Shown here in pieces: positions 49,562 to 58,541 of a DNA stretch of 64,000 bases; position 1 is the first letter of the stretch; every line of letters begins with the position of its first letter. The DNA is from Candidatus Woesebacteria bacterium (GTDB lineage Bacteria; Patescibacteriota; Microgenomatia; UBA12405): the NCBI GenBank assembly GCA_035450165.1, contig DAOTMI010000003.1, positions 217 through 64,216 on the forward strand. Reading direction: 5' to 3'. The translations under genes were made by a program, and so were the position numbers. The notes below the pieces were generated by a model. That model ran no database searches and was not told where the DNA came from. It worked only from the letters and a program-made list of their open reading frames with translations.

Positions 49562-50390
49562 ATAGGTTAGTAAGATAATTATAAACCGACTGAAGAATAT
49601 CTTCCGGAGTAGAAGCACCAGAAGAAAGGCCAACAGTATGACAATTTTTAAGCCAGCTTCTTTTTATTTCCCCAACATGATCAACAATATACGCTGGTTT
49701 ACCGGAAGATTTGGCTGTCTCATAAAGTCTCTGGGAATTGGAACTTTCATGAGAGCCGACAATTAAAATTAGGTCGCAAACCTCAGCCAATTGCTTCACT
49801 GCTCTTTGACGATCGGTAGTTGCTGGGCAAATATGGGGTAAAACTTTCAACATAGGGTATTTTTTCTTTAATTTTTTTATAAACTCTTCTGTTTCCTGAA
49901 CTGACAAAGTTGTTTGGGTAATTAATACTGAATTTTTATCAGCTTTAATTTTATTAAATTCAACCAACGTATAGGCAGTAATATTTGAGCCTTCAGCCAA
50001 AACACCAACGGCTTCGTCATGATCACGACTGGAAACTAAATAAATAATATTTTTATTTTTTAAACGACGAACCTCATCGTGAACTTTTTTAACCAAAGGA
50101 CAGGTGGCATCAACAATAATCAAATTTTTTAAACGGTGGACTGCCGGCGCTGCCCCATGAGCCCGAATAATCAGAATTGAACCTTTTGGTAAATCATTAG
50201 TAGAATTGACAATTTTAACCCGATAATTTTTCTTCAAATCATTCACGACATGGCGATTATGAACAATTTCTCCCAAAAGATAAATTGTTTTGCCGGGATA
50301 TTTCTGGGCAGTATCTTTAACGATTTTAATGGCCCGGGAAACACCAGCACAAAAGCCATGGGGTTGAGCTACTATTACTCTTAAACCCAT
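49548..50390 (-). CDS. ispH: 4-hydroxy-3-methylbut-2-enyl diphosphate reductase
   Basis: Three Fe-S Cys in GFCAGV, DATCPLV and ICPAT; IVHN; RAHG; SSNS; GASTP. Confidence 0.93.
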   Translation of the reverse strand: MGLRVIVAQPHGFCAGVSRAIKIVKDTAQKYPGKTIYLLGEIVHNRHVVNDLKKNYRVKIVNSTNDLPKGSILIIRAHGAAPAVHRLKNLIIVDATCPLVKKVHDEVRRLKNKNIIYLVSSRDHDEAVGVLAEGSNITAYTLVEFNKIKADKNSVLITQTTLSVQETEEFIKKLKKKYPMLKVLPHICPATTDRQRAVKQLAEVCDLILIVGSHESSNSQRLYETAKSSGKPAYIVDHVGEIKRSWLKNCHTVGLSSGASTPEDILQSVYNYLTNLYASS

Positions 50391-50420
50391 ATAGAATATT
50401 ATAGCTGTTATAATATCGCC

Positions 50421-50849
50421 GTGGAGCGAATAGAAATCGATCTAAGTCTTTTTGATAATCGGCGAAAAGAAATTTTAGAAACTATTCTTAAGGCTGGCAA
50501 CAACAATTATCGACAGGCTCTTAATGAATTGGGAATAATTCCCCTGGTAACCCCCAAAGCTCGATTCCGACTAAACCCAATAACCTGTTACCAATATGTC
50601 CTAGGTTTAGATTCATTTAATCGCCTCCAACAACTTCTCGATAATGGCCAATTTTACCAACCGGGGACTGGAATTATTGCTGTCTATTATACTGACGATC
50701 TCAAACCAGAAAAGGTTAATCATTTGGGAAAAATGAAAAATAAACAGGAGGTAGTTTCTAAATTTGGCAAACTTGGCTTATTTCAACACAATATTACTGA
50801 TGTTCCCATTATTTACGGCAATCGAGTTACTTTCATTAAAGAACCATAA
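50421..50849 (+). CDS. Hypothetical protein, possible Cys-His papain-like fold
   Basis: TCYQY...NHLGK...SKFG...H...YG. Confidence 0.5.
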   Translation: MERIEIDLSLFDNRRKEILETILKAGNNNYRQALNELGIIPLVTPKARFRLNPITCYQYVLGLDSFNRLQQLLDNGQFYQPGTGIIAVYYTDDLKPEKVNHLGKMKNKQEVVSKFGKLGLFQHNITDVPIIYGNRVTFIKEP

Positions 50850-50939
50850 AACAACCCTCAGACCGTTGAAGTTTTTTAATTGAAACTAAATAGTTTATCG
50901 GGGAATGAAAAAGGAAAAAGAATTCCAAATAAATTTAAG

Positions 50940-51010
50940 AGACCCGGATGGGAGTTGAACCCATCTAAACGGTTTTGCAGACCGTTGTCTAACCGCTTGA
51001 CTACCGGGTC
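50940..51010 (-). tRNA. tRNA-Cys(GCA)
   Basis: GACCCGG/CCGGGTC-T acceptor with U73; ACGGT-CTGCAAA-ACCGT; ATGGG-TTCAACT-CCCAT. Confidence 0.92.
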
Positions 51011-51062
51011 AAAAGATAAAGGTATTTTAACAAATATCCAGACCATTTCGAAGTACGGCCTC

Positions 51063-51098
51063 AAAAATTTAACCCCCGCATTAGCGGGGGTATTTTTT
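51063..51098 (-). terminator. Intrinsic terminator of groESL (could act bidirectionally)
   Basis: ACCCCCGC-ATTA-GCGGGGGT hairpin flanked by A and T tracts. Confidence 0.8.
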
Positions 51099-52740
51099 AC
51101 ATCATTCCTTCCATTCCAGCCCCGGGCATAGGTGCTTTCGGTTCCTCCGGAATATCAGTAATTAGAACGTCGGTCGTCAAAACCATTATACCAATAGAAA
51201 CGGCATTAATTAATGCTGATTTGGTTACTTTAGCCGGATCAAGAATCCCAAATTTAACCATTGAGCCAAATTCGCCGGTTTGGGCATTAAAACCAAAATC
51301 AGACTTTTTGTCGGCTAAAAGAGCTTCTTTAATTTTGTTCAGGACAAAACCAGCATCTTCACCCGAATTTTCGGCTAATTTTCTAATCGGTTGCTCTAAA
51401 ACGTACTTTAAAATATTCAAGCCGATTTGCTCTTCTTCGGTTGCCACTTTAACTTTTTCCAAAGCAAATGAGGCTTTCAAAAGAGCTACGCCGCCGCCGG
51501 GTAAAATACCTTCTTCCACTGCCGCCTTGGTTGCGTCAATCGCATCCTTTACCCTTTCCAATTTCTCTTTCATTTCCACTTCGGTAGCCCCACCAACCTG
51601 TAAAACAATAGCTCCTCCGATTAACTTGGCAATTCTTTCCTGTAACTTCTCTTTATCATAATCGGAAGTTTCCTTAGCCATTTGAGTCCGTAGTTGAGAT
51701 ACTCGAGCCTCAACTTCAGCTTGATTACCAGCCCCACCAATAATTCTTGTTTTATCTTTATCGGCGGTTACCGAATCGGCCCGGCCGCAATATTCCCGCG
51801 GATCAATATTTTCAAATTTAGCTCCAACATCCTCGGAAATTACCCGACCACCAGTTAAAATAGCAATATCTTCCAACATCGCCTTACGCCGATCGCCGAA
51901 ACCCGGAGCTTTAACTGCTAAAACTGAAAAGGTGCCTCTTAATTTATTAACCACCAAAGTCGCCAAAGCTTCACCTTCAATCTCATCGGCAATGATAACG
52001 AAATTTTTAGTCAGTTTGACTAATTTTTCCAAAAAAGGAAGGATTTCCTGGATTGAAGTAATTTTTTTATCGGTAATTACTAAATAAGGATGATCGATAA
52101 TTGCCTCCATCGTTTCAGTATTGGTGGCAAAGTAGGGCGAAAGAAAACCTTGATCAAATTCCATCCCTGAAGTCTCTTTAGTTTCAATCCCCATACCCTT
52201 ACCTTCTTCGGCGGTAATTAAACCATCTTTACCAACTTTAGCCACAGCCTCGGCAATTCTCTTGCCAATAGTTTCATCTCCGGCCGAAATAGTCGCTACC
52301 TGCTCGATTGATTCCTTGTCGTCAATTTTAATCTCCTTTTTCATTTCATCTAATTCTTGTAGAATCACCTCTAAACCTTTTTCCAAGCCGCGGCGCAACA
52401 TCATTGGATTAGACCCGGCAGTTACGTTTTGAAGACCCTTATTAGCGATAGCTTGGGCTAAAAGAGTAGCAGTGGTAGTGCCGTCACCGGCAACATCATT
52501 AGTTTTACTGGCCGCCTCTTTCATTAATTGAGCTCCCATATTTTCGTAAGGATCCTTTAAATCGATTTCCTTAGCTACAGAAACACCATCATGAATAACT
52601 GACGGACTACCCCATTTTCTATCAATAGCTACATTACGTCCCCGAGGACCTAGAGTAGTCACGACTGCATTAGATAAAGTGTCAATACCTTTTAACAATG
52701 CCTGACGGGCATCTTCTTTGAATTTTAATTGTTTAGCCAT
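51097..52740 (-). CDS. groL: Chaperonin GroEL
   Basis: TLGPRGRNV, AGDGTTTAT, APGFGDRRK, GM-rich tail. Confidence 0.98.
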   Translation of the reverse strand: MAKQLKFKEDARQALLKGIDTLSNAVVTTLGPRGRNVAIDRKWGSPSVIHDGVSVAKEIDLKDPYENMGAQLMKEAASKTNDVAGDGTTTATLLAQAIANKGLQNVTAGSNPMMLRRGLEKGLEVILQELDEMKKEIKIDDKESIEQVATISAGDETIGKRIAEAVAKVGKDGLITAEEGKGMGIETKETSGMEFDQGFLSPYFATNTETMEAIIDHPYLVITDKKITSIQEILPFLEKLVKLTKNFVIIADEIEGEALATLVVNKLRGTFSVLAVKAPGFGDRRKAMLEDIAILTGGRVISEDVGAKFENIDPREYCGRADSVTADKDKTRIIGGAGNQAEVEARVSQLRTQMAKETSDYDKEKLQERIAKLIGGAIVLQVGGATEVEMKEKLERVKDAIDATKAAVEEGILPGGGVALLKASFALEKVKVATEEEQIGLNILKYVLEQPIRKLAENSGEDAGFVLNKIKEALLADKKSDFGFNAQTGEFGSMVKFGILDPAKVTKSALINAVSIGIMVLTTDVLITDIPEEPKAPMPGAGMEGMM

Positions 52741-52743
52741 AAT

Positions 52744-52785
52744 TTCATTTTCTAATTTTTAATCTTTAATTCGTAATTTTTAATT
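52744..52785 (-). repeat. Heptamer array forming the groES-groEL spacer
   Basis: Minus strand AATTAAA AATTACG AATTAAA GATTAAA AATTAGA AAATGAA. Confidence 0.7.
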
Positions 52786-53076
52786 GTTGATAGTGGCCAT
52801 GATATCGTCAAATTTTAAAATTAAATAATCAACATCGTTTAATTTATATTCCTTACCACCCCATTCCCGATAAATCACTATATCACCAACTTGACAAGGA
52901 GCTTTAATCTCATGGCCATGTTCAAAAATAGGAGCACCGATAGCTAAAACCTCCCCCTGTTGGGGTTTTTCTTCATGGGAATCAGGAATAACAATACCGG
53001 AAGCAGTGGTTCTTTCTTGCTTTTGGGGTTTAACTAAAATATATCCGGCTACTGGTTGAATAGTTGCTTTCTTCAT
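52780..53076 (-). CDS. groS: Co-chaperonin GroES
   Basis: TASGIVIPD..EEKPQQGEVLAIG, VGDIV. Confidence 0.96.
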   Translation of the reverse strand: MKKATIQPVAGYILVKPQKQERTTASGIVIPDSHEEKPQQGEVLAIGAPIFEHGHEIKAPCQVGDIVIYREWGGKEYKLNDVDYLILKFDDIMATINN

Positions 53077-53105
53077 TATTGATTATAAAAATTATAAACT
53101 TAATA

Positions 53106-53132
53106 ATAGCACTCTCTCCGAGTGACTGCTAA
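53106..53132. promoter_or_regulatory. CIRCE element (HrcA operator)
   Basis: ATAGCACTC-N9-GACTGCTAA, two mismatches to TTAGCACTC-N9-GAGTGCTAA, upstream of groES. Confidence 0.85.
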
Positions 53133-53133
53133 T

Positions 53134-53161
53134 ATTATATTCAGGAAAATCGGGGTGTCAA
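53134..53161 (-). promoter_or_regulatory. Sigma70 promoter of groESL
   Basis: Minus-strand TTGACA-N16-TATAAT immediately upstream of CIRCE. Confidence 0.8.
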
Positions 53162-53309
53162 GAGGAAAAAGGATCTTTATCTCAATTTGTTAGGAACGCG
53201 CCTAGGACAAAGACTGGGCGTGTTCATAGACGAAATCGATTATATCCTAATTAATTGCCAAGCACGTTTATCAAAATGGGAAGGTGTTTTTCCTGTATAA
53301 TCTATCAGG

Positions 53310-54572
53310 ATGGCAAAAATAATTGAAATAGACGCCCGGGAGATTTTAGCCTCCGGTGGTGAACCGAGTTTGGAGGCAACCGTTAAATTAGACAATGGCA
53401 GCGTCGGCGAAGCGTCGATTTCCTATGGCGCCAGCGCCGGCACCAAGGAAGCGTTTGTGCTTTTTGACGGAGACAAAAGCCGTTACCACGGCAAGGGAAT
53501 GTTGAAAGCCAAAGCGAACATATTGGAAAAAATTGCCCCGGCAATAATGGGGATGGAAGCAGCGGATCTACGGACGATTGATAAAAAAATGATTGAATTG
53601 GATGGAACAGAAAACAAAGCCAATTTGGGGGCGAACGCAATTTTAGCGGTCAGTATGGCTGTTGCTCGGGCTGAATCCAATAGTCAAAAACTAGAGCTTT
53701 ACCAATACTTAAGAAATTTATGGCAAATTGAGGGAGAAATCACTCTGCCCAAACCGATGATGGTGATGATCGAAGGCGGCAAGCATGCCGACAACAGCAC
53801 CGATATGCAGGAATTTTTAGTCAGTGCCATGAGTAATAGATCAGCAATGGAAAACGTCAGAATGGAAATGGAAATTTACAAAGCCCTGAAAGATATTTTA
53901 AAAGCAGAAGGTTTATCAACCAATGTCGGCAATGAGGGTGCCTTTGCCCCAGCAGGCCTCAAAAGCAATGAAACACCACTAGCCTATCTGACAAAGGCGA
54001 TTGAAAGGGCTGGTTATCGAGCCGGGGTGGATGCGGGAATTTCTATCGATGCGGCGGCATCGGAACTGTATAATTACGAATTGAAAAATTACGAATTACG
54101 AATTGAAAACAAGCAATTAACATCGGAGGAAATGATTAATTATCTTAAGCCATGGGTAGAAAAATATCCAATTGTAAGTATGGAAGATATGCTGTCGGAA
54201 TTTGATTGGGAAAATTGGCCTAAATTAGTGGAATACTTTGGCAATAATATCTTAATTATTGCCGACGATTTAACCGTCACCAACACTAAATTATGGCAGA
54301 AAGCCATTGATCTAAAAGCGGCTAATGCTATTTTAATTAAATTAAATCAGGCCGGAACAGTCACCGAAACTATGGATTGCTGTCTACTAGCCAGAAAATA
54401 TCATCTAAAAACAGTACCATCGCATCGAGGCGGTGGCGAAACAAATGACACATTTATGGTTGATTTAGCGGTAGCAGTGGGTAGTGCCTATATCAAAGTC
54501 GGACCAACCCGGGGCGAACGGGTCAGTAAATACAACCGTTTAATGAGGATTGAGGAAAAAGAACAAAAATGA
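53310..54572 (+). CDS. eno: Enolase
   Basis: AREILAS.G.P, GAS.G..EA, GGKHAD, QEF, GNEG, DDL.VTN, LIKLNQ.GT, SHR, ERVSKYN. Confidence 0.95.
   Translation: MAKIIEIDAREILASGGEPSLEATVKLDNGSVGEASISYGASAGTKEAFVLFDGDKSRYHGKGMLKAKANILEKIAPAIMGMEAADLRTIDKKMIELDGTENKANLGANAILAVSMAVARAESNSQKLELYQYLRNLWQIEGEITLPKPMMVMIEGGKHADNSTDMQEFLVSAMSNRSAMENVRMEMEIYKALKDILKAEGLSTNVGNEGAFAPAGLKSNETPLAYLTKAIERAGYRAGVDAGISIDAAASELYNYELKNYELRIENKQLTSEEMINYLKPWVEKYPIVSMEDMLSEFDWENWPKLVEYFGNNILIIADDLTVTNTKLWQKAIDLKAANAILIKLNQAGTVTETMDCCLLARKYHLKTVPSHRGGGETNDTFMVDLAVAVGSAYIKVGPTRGERVSKYNRLMRIEEKEQK
54072..54107 (+). repeat. Heptamer array inside eno
   Basis: AATTACG AATTGAA A AATTACG AATTACG AATTGAA. Confidence 0.8.
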
Positions 54573-56107
54573 AAAAACCGGTGGTTTATCTAATTTTGGA
54601 TGGCTGGGGTATAGCGCCGGCCGGACCCGGAAACGCCGTTTCTTTAGCCCAAAAACCTACCTTCGATTACCTATGGAATAATTATCCCCACACGGAAATC
54701 GGCGCCGGCGGCGAAGCCATCGGCCTCTGGCCGGGGCATCAGGGCAGTTCAGAAATTGGCCATTTAATTATCGGCGCTGGCCGAAATGTTTACCTGCCTC
54801 AAGGTATTGTTGCCAAAGCAATTCAAAGTGGTGAAATCTTTACCAACAAAGCCTATAGCCAGGCAATGGACTTTGCTCTAAAAAATCATTCGACTCTTCA
54901 TCTAGCCGGATTAATGTCTAACTCAGGAGTCCACAGCTACGATTTACTTACCCACGCTTTAATTAAAATGGCAGCTCAAAAAGGAATAAAAGATATCGTC
55001 GTTCATTCCTTTACCGACGGTCGAGACACCGAAGTTAAAGACGCTCCTATTTACCTGGAACGATTAAATAAAGTTTTTCAACAAAACGGCGTTGGTCGGG
55101 TAGGAACTATTATGGGGCGTTATTGGGTTATGGATCGGGATCACCGTTGGGAAAGAGTTGAAAAAGCCTACCATCTCTTAGTTAATGGTCAAGCCGAATT
55201 TAAAGCTAATTCAGCCGAAGAAGCCATTCAAATGGCCTACGATAGAAAAGAAACTGATGAATTTATCTCGCCAACAGTTATCGGTCAACATCAAATTAAG
55301 GATAATGATGTGCTTATTTGGACTAATTTTAGAACTGACCGAGCTATAGAAATCACTCAAGCTTTAATTGAGGATAATTTTAATTATTTCAATCGAGGCC
55401 AAAGACCTCATTTCTATTTCACCGCCACCTTTAAATATTATGATGAAATGAAAGCTCCATTCGCTTTTGAACGTCAATTCCCAACTAATACCTTAGGAGA
55501 AATTATCAGTCGGGCGGGGCTAAAACAATTCCGAGTAACCGAAACGGAAAAGTGGATTTACGTAACTACCATTTTTTCAGGAATGCGAGAGGCACCTTTT
55601 GAAGGTGAGGATCGGTTATTGATTGAATCGGATAAAATTCCAACCTATGATCTCCAGCCCAAAATGCATACTATGGATATTGCCCAAGCGGCGGTTAAAG
55701 CTATCAATAGCGACCAATATCATTTAATTGTCATCAATTTTAACAACCCAGATATTATTGGACATACCGGTAATATTCCAGCGGCGGTCATCGGCATCGA
55801 AGAATGTGACAAAGGATTGGCTCTGTTGGTAGAAGCAGTAAAAACCAAACATGGTCTGCTTATTGTCTCAGCTGATCACGGTAATGCCGAATCAATGCTA
55901 ACTTCTGATGGCCAGCCGGAAACCCAACACTCAGCCAACAATGTTCCCTTTATTATTGTTAATGACGATCCGCAATACAAAAACATCAAGTTAAAATCCG
56001 GCGGAGCGTTGAAAGATGTTACCCCGACAATTTTAGAAATTCTTGGAATACCTCAGCCGACTGAAATGACAGGTAAAAGTCTAATTAAACCACCAGCACA
56101 GTGGTAA
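54569..56107 (+). CDS. gpmI: 2,3-bisphosphoglycerate-independent phosphoglycerate mutase
   Basis: ILDGWG, GSSEIGH, GVHS, DGRD, MDRD.RW, NFRTDRA, DIIGHTG, ADHGNAE. Confidence 0.96.
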   Translation: MKKPVVYLILDGWGIAPAGPGNAVSLAQKPTFDYLWNNYPHTEIGAGGEAIGLWPGHQGSSEIGHLIIGAGRNVYLPQGIVAKAIQSGEIFTNKAYSQAMDFALKNHSTLHLAGLMSNSGVHSYDLLTHALIKMAAQKGIKDIVVHSFTDGRDTEVKDAPIYLERLNKVFQQNGVGRVGTIMGRYWVMDRDHRWERVEKAYHLLVNGQAEFKANSAEEAIQMAYDRKETDEFISPTVIGQHQIKDNDVLIWTNFRTDRAIEITQALIEDNFNYFNRGQRPHFYFTATFKYYDEMKAPFAFERQFPTNTLGEIISRAGLKQFRVTETEKWIYVTTIFSGMREAPFEGEDRLLIESDKIPTYDLQPKMHTMDIAQAAVKAINSDQYHLIVINFNNPDIIGHTGNIPAAVIGIEECDKGLALLVEAVKTKHGLLIVSADHGNAESMLTSDGQPETQHSANNVPFIIVNDDPQYKNIKLKSGGALKDVTPTILEILGIPQPTEMTGKSLIKPPAQW

Positions 56108-57854
56108 AACGAGGATCAGATTGAAAAGAACAGCGTAATTGATCTTCTTCTGATTTGGTCAAATTTTTAACGACGATTTTTAAATCAAACAGGTCGGCCG
56201 CTTGGCTTTGTTTCTGTTCAGTCCGGATGATATCAGCCTGACCTTGATTACTAATTGCTGCAGCGACATCCATTAGAATCTTTGGACGATTACGGCCAAT
56301 CAATTTGACGGTTGTTAAACCTAGCTTTTCTTTCGTAATGCCGGCGGCATCAAGAGCCTGATTTAATTCTAAATTGGACAAAGCTTTATTACCCAGCTGA
56401 AAATAAAGATCATCCCGACTCTGACAACCAAATCGATTAATGACTGGTTTAACTATTTTTTCATCTAAATCACGCAAGTCAAGAAGGCCGCGGGGAGCTA
56501 AAATAGTCTGCATGATCTCCTTACCAGCCGCAATTAACTGGTCACGATTTTCTTGAATTCGCTGTTCTTGAATTATCTTTCTGGTAGAAGGTAAACAAAA
56601 TTCCTCAATACCAACTAAAGGAGCTCGACGAAAGGAACCAGTAATCACTTCAACAGTGCTGGTATGGGGTAAAACAGTTGACAAAGGCGCCTGTTGGCCG
56701 TCAATCAAAATATATTCGGCCTCAGCTAAAAGCTGGGGATAAATAGCAGCGGCAAAATCAGCCCCGGTAGCATCCTTCGGCAGAAAGCGAATACTGTTAG
56801 ATGGGGTAAAAATAATTTTCAAGGCATAGTCTTTTAGATCAGTCTCTCCTTTTCTGATCAAACTAACTACTCCCCAATTATTAAATTCTTCCATTTGGGG
56901 GGTAACTAGGGCAACTTCAACCGCTCCTTGGGTTAAATTAAGAGTTGTCTGGAGGGCTTGATAACCGTTAATTCGTTGGTTAGCCCCGATATATTCATCA
57001 AACTTACTAAAATCGACATTTTGTCCCAATTTCTGATGGAGACAACCCAGAAAACGATAACAATAATCAATCTCTGGCAAAAGCACCCGAAAACTAACTA
57101 AATCGTTGATTTGTTTAAAATCTTGGGGATTACATTTACCTTCTAAGGCTAATTTCCTCTGCTTTTCTTTAACCGCCCAATAACCATTCTTTCTGATTTC
57201 TACCCGGCCAGAATAATTATTTTCCACCAAAAGTTGCTCTAAACGACTTTTAAAGAAAGCCGTAAACAAAGGATCAAGACGGAAATCGGTACTAATTGTA
57301 TCTTTAATTTTGAGATATTCCTGAGGATAAAGAAACTTAAAGCACAGATCTTCAATTTCGGTTTTAATTGACCATAAACCCAATGATTCTGCCAAACGGG
57401 TATAAACATCGAGGGTCTCTCGAGCCTTGGCATTTTGTTTCTCGACCGGCATATCATCCATAGTTCGCAAATTATGTAATCGATCGGCTAATTTAATAAC
57501 CGCCACTGTCGGATTAAGATAAGTTTTACTCAAGACTTTAATTAAGGTGTCCTTATTAGTTTTAGTACTTAATTTAGTTACCCCATCGACTAATTCCGCT
57601 ACTTGTGGATTAAACTCCTGATTAAGAACAGTTAAATCAATAGTTGTATCTTCCACTATATCATGCAGAAGAGCGGCGGCGAGAATATTCTCGTCATTAA
57701 GACCAAATTCATCTTTTAGAATCCGATAAACCGCTTCACAATGGGTAAAATAAGGTTCACCCCCAGCCCTCAACTGACCTCGATGATGAAATTCAGCAAA
57801 ATCATAAGCCCTATCGATTAAATTTCTATCTTCAACAGCTTCTTTAGACAACAT
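56085..57854 (-). CDS. RelA/SpoT homolog: intact HD hydrolase, degenerate synthetase domain, TGS-like and ACT-like C-terminus
   Basis: H.GQ.R..GEPY..H, LLHDIVEDT, KLADRLHN.RT; synthetase motifs altered. Confidence 0.85.
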   Translation of the reverse strand: MLSKEAVEDRNLIDRAYDFAEFHHRGQLRAGGEPYFTHCEAVYRILKDEFGLNDENILAAALLHDIVEDTTIDLTVLNQEFNPQVAELVDGVTKLSTKTNKDTLIKVLSKTYLNPTVAVIKLADRLHNLRTMDDMPVEKQNAKARETLDVYTRLAESLGLWSIKTEIEDLCFKFLYPQEYLKIKDTISTDFRLDPLFTAFFKSRLEQLLVENNYSGRVEIRKNGYWAVKEKQRKLALEGKCNPQDFKQINDLVSFRVLLPEIDYCYRFLGCLHQKLGQNVDFSKFDEYIGANQRINGYQALQTTLNLTQGAVEVALVTPQMEEFNNWGVVSLIRKGETDLKDYALKIIFTPSNSIRFLPKDATGADFAAAIYPQLLAEAEYILIDGQQAPLSTVLPHTSTVEVITGSFRRAPLVGIEEFCLPSTRKIIQEQRIQENRDQLIAAGKEIMQTILAPRGLLDLRDLDEKIVKPVINRFGCQSRDDLYFQLGNKALSNLELNQALDAAGITKEKLGLTTVKLIGRNRPKILMDVAAAISNQGQADIIRTEQKQSQAADLFDLKIVVKNLTKSEEDQLRCSFQSDPRFTTVLVV

Positions 57855-57902
57855 GCCGTATTTTATAGCTACTATAGGACAAAATCAAACTTAGGCCAAT
57901 TT

Positions 57903-58541
57903 CTATCTGGTTCTTGTATAAACTATCATTTTAGCCGACATACCATTTTTAATCTCTGGAGAAGCAGAAGTATTAAATTTAGCTTTAACTGTAAATTGTT
58001 GGGTAGTTCGTTCACTCGAAGTTGAAAAAGAAAACATCGGAACTAAAGCACTCGGGGAAACTTCGTCAATATACCCCCAAAAAATCCTACCTGGTAGAGC
58101 ATCAATGGTAAAAGAAACTACCTGACCAACCTTAATTTTATTTAAACCCTTATTCTCATCGAGGGTGCCTACAACTCTCATATTAACCGGCCTAATCATT
58201 TGAATCAATTGGGTTGCCTGATTAACAGTTGAACCAGTCAAATCATTCGCCGAAATAACTAAACCATCAGTTTCAGCTCTTAAAACCTCTGATCCTACCA
58301 CAGCTAATTTATCACCAGTCTCAACCATCTGCCCTTCTTTAACACTTATTTCAGTAACCTTGCCGGTTAAACTCGGGGAAACAGTAATAACCGGTGCCTG
58401 AATAACCGATTTACTGATAAAGACCCGATCGACAGTTTTCTGATAATAAAAATAACTGCCAATAATCACTAGCAATAAACAAATTAGACTTGTTATTTTC
58501 CAAAACTTAGGATTTTTTAAAAGAGCAATTATTGTTTTCAT
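57903..58541 (-). CDS. HlyD/EmrA-like membrane fusion (adaptor) protein, short form
   Basis: TM; lipoyl-like GKVTEISVKEGQMVETGD; IKVGQ.V.FTIDA.P; GMSA. Confidence 0.8.
   Translation of the reverse strand: MKTIIALLKNPKFWKITSLICLLLVIIGSYFYYQKTVDRVFISKSVIQAPVITVSPSLTGKVTEISVKEGQMVETGDKLAVVGSEVLRAETDGLVISANDLTGSTVNQATQLIQMIRPVNMRVVGTLDENKGLNKIKVGQVVSFTIDALPGRIFWGYIDEVSPSALVPMFSFSTSSERTTQQFTVKAKFNTSASPEIKNGMSAKMIVYTRTR

Noticed and set aside
50876-51131. ORFs 50876-51064 and 50880-51131
   Set aside because: They overlap tRNA-Cys and the groEL terminator.
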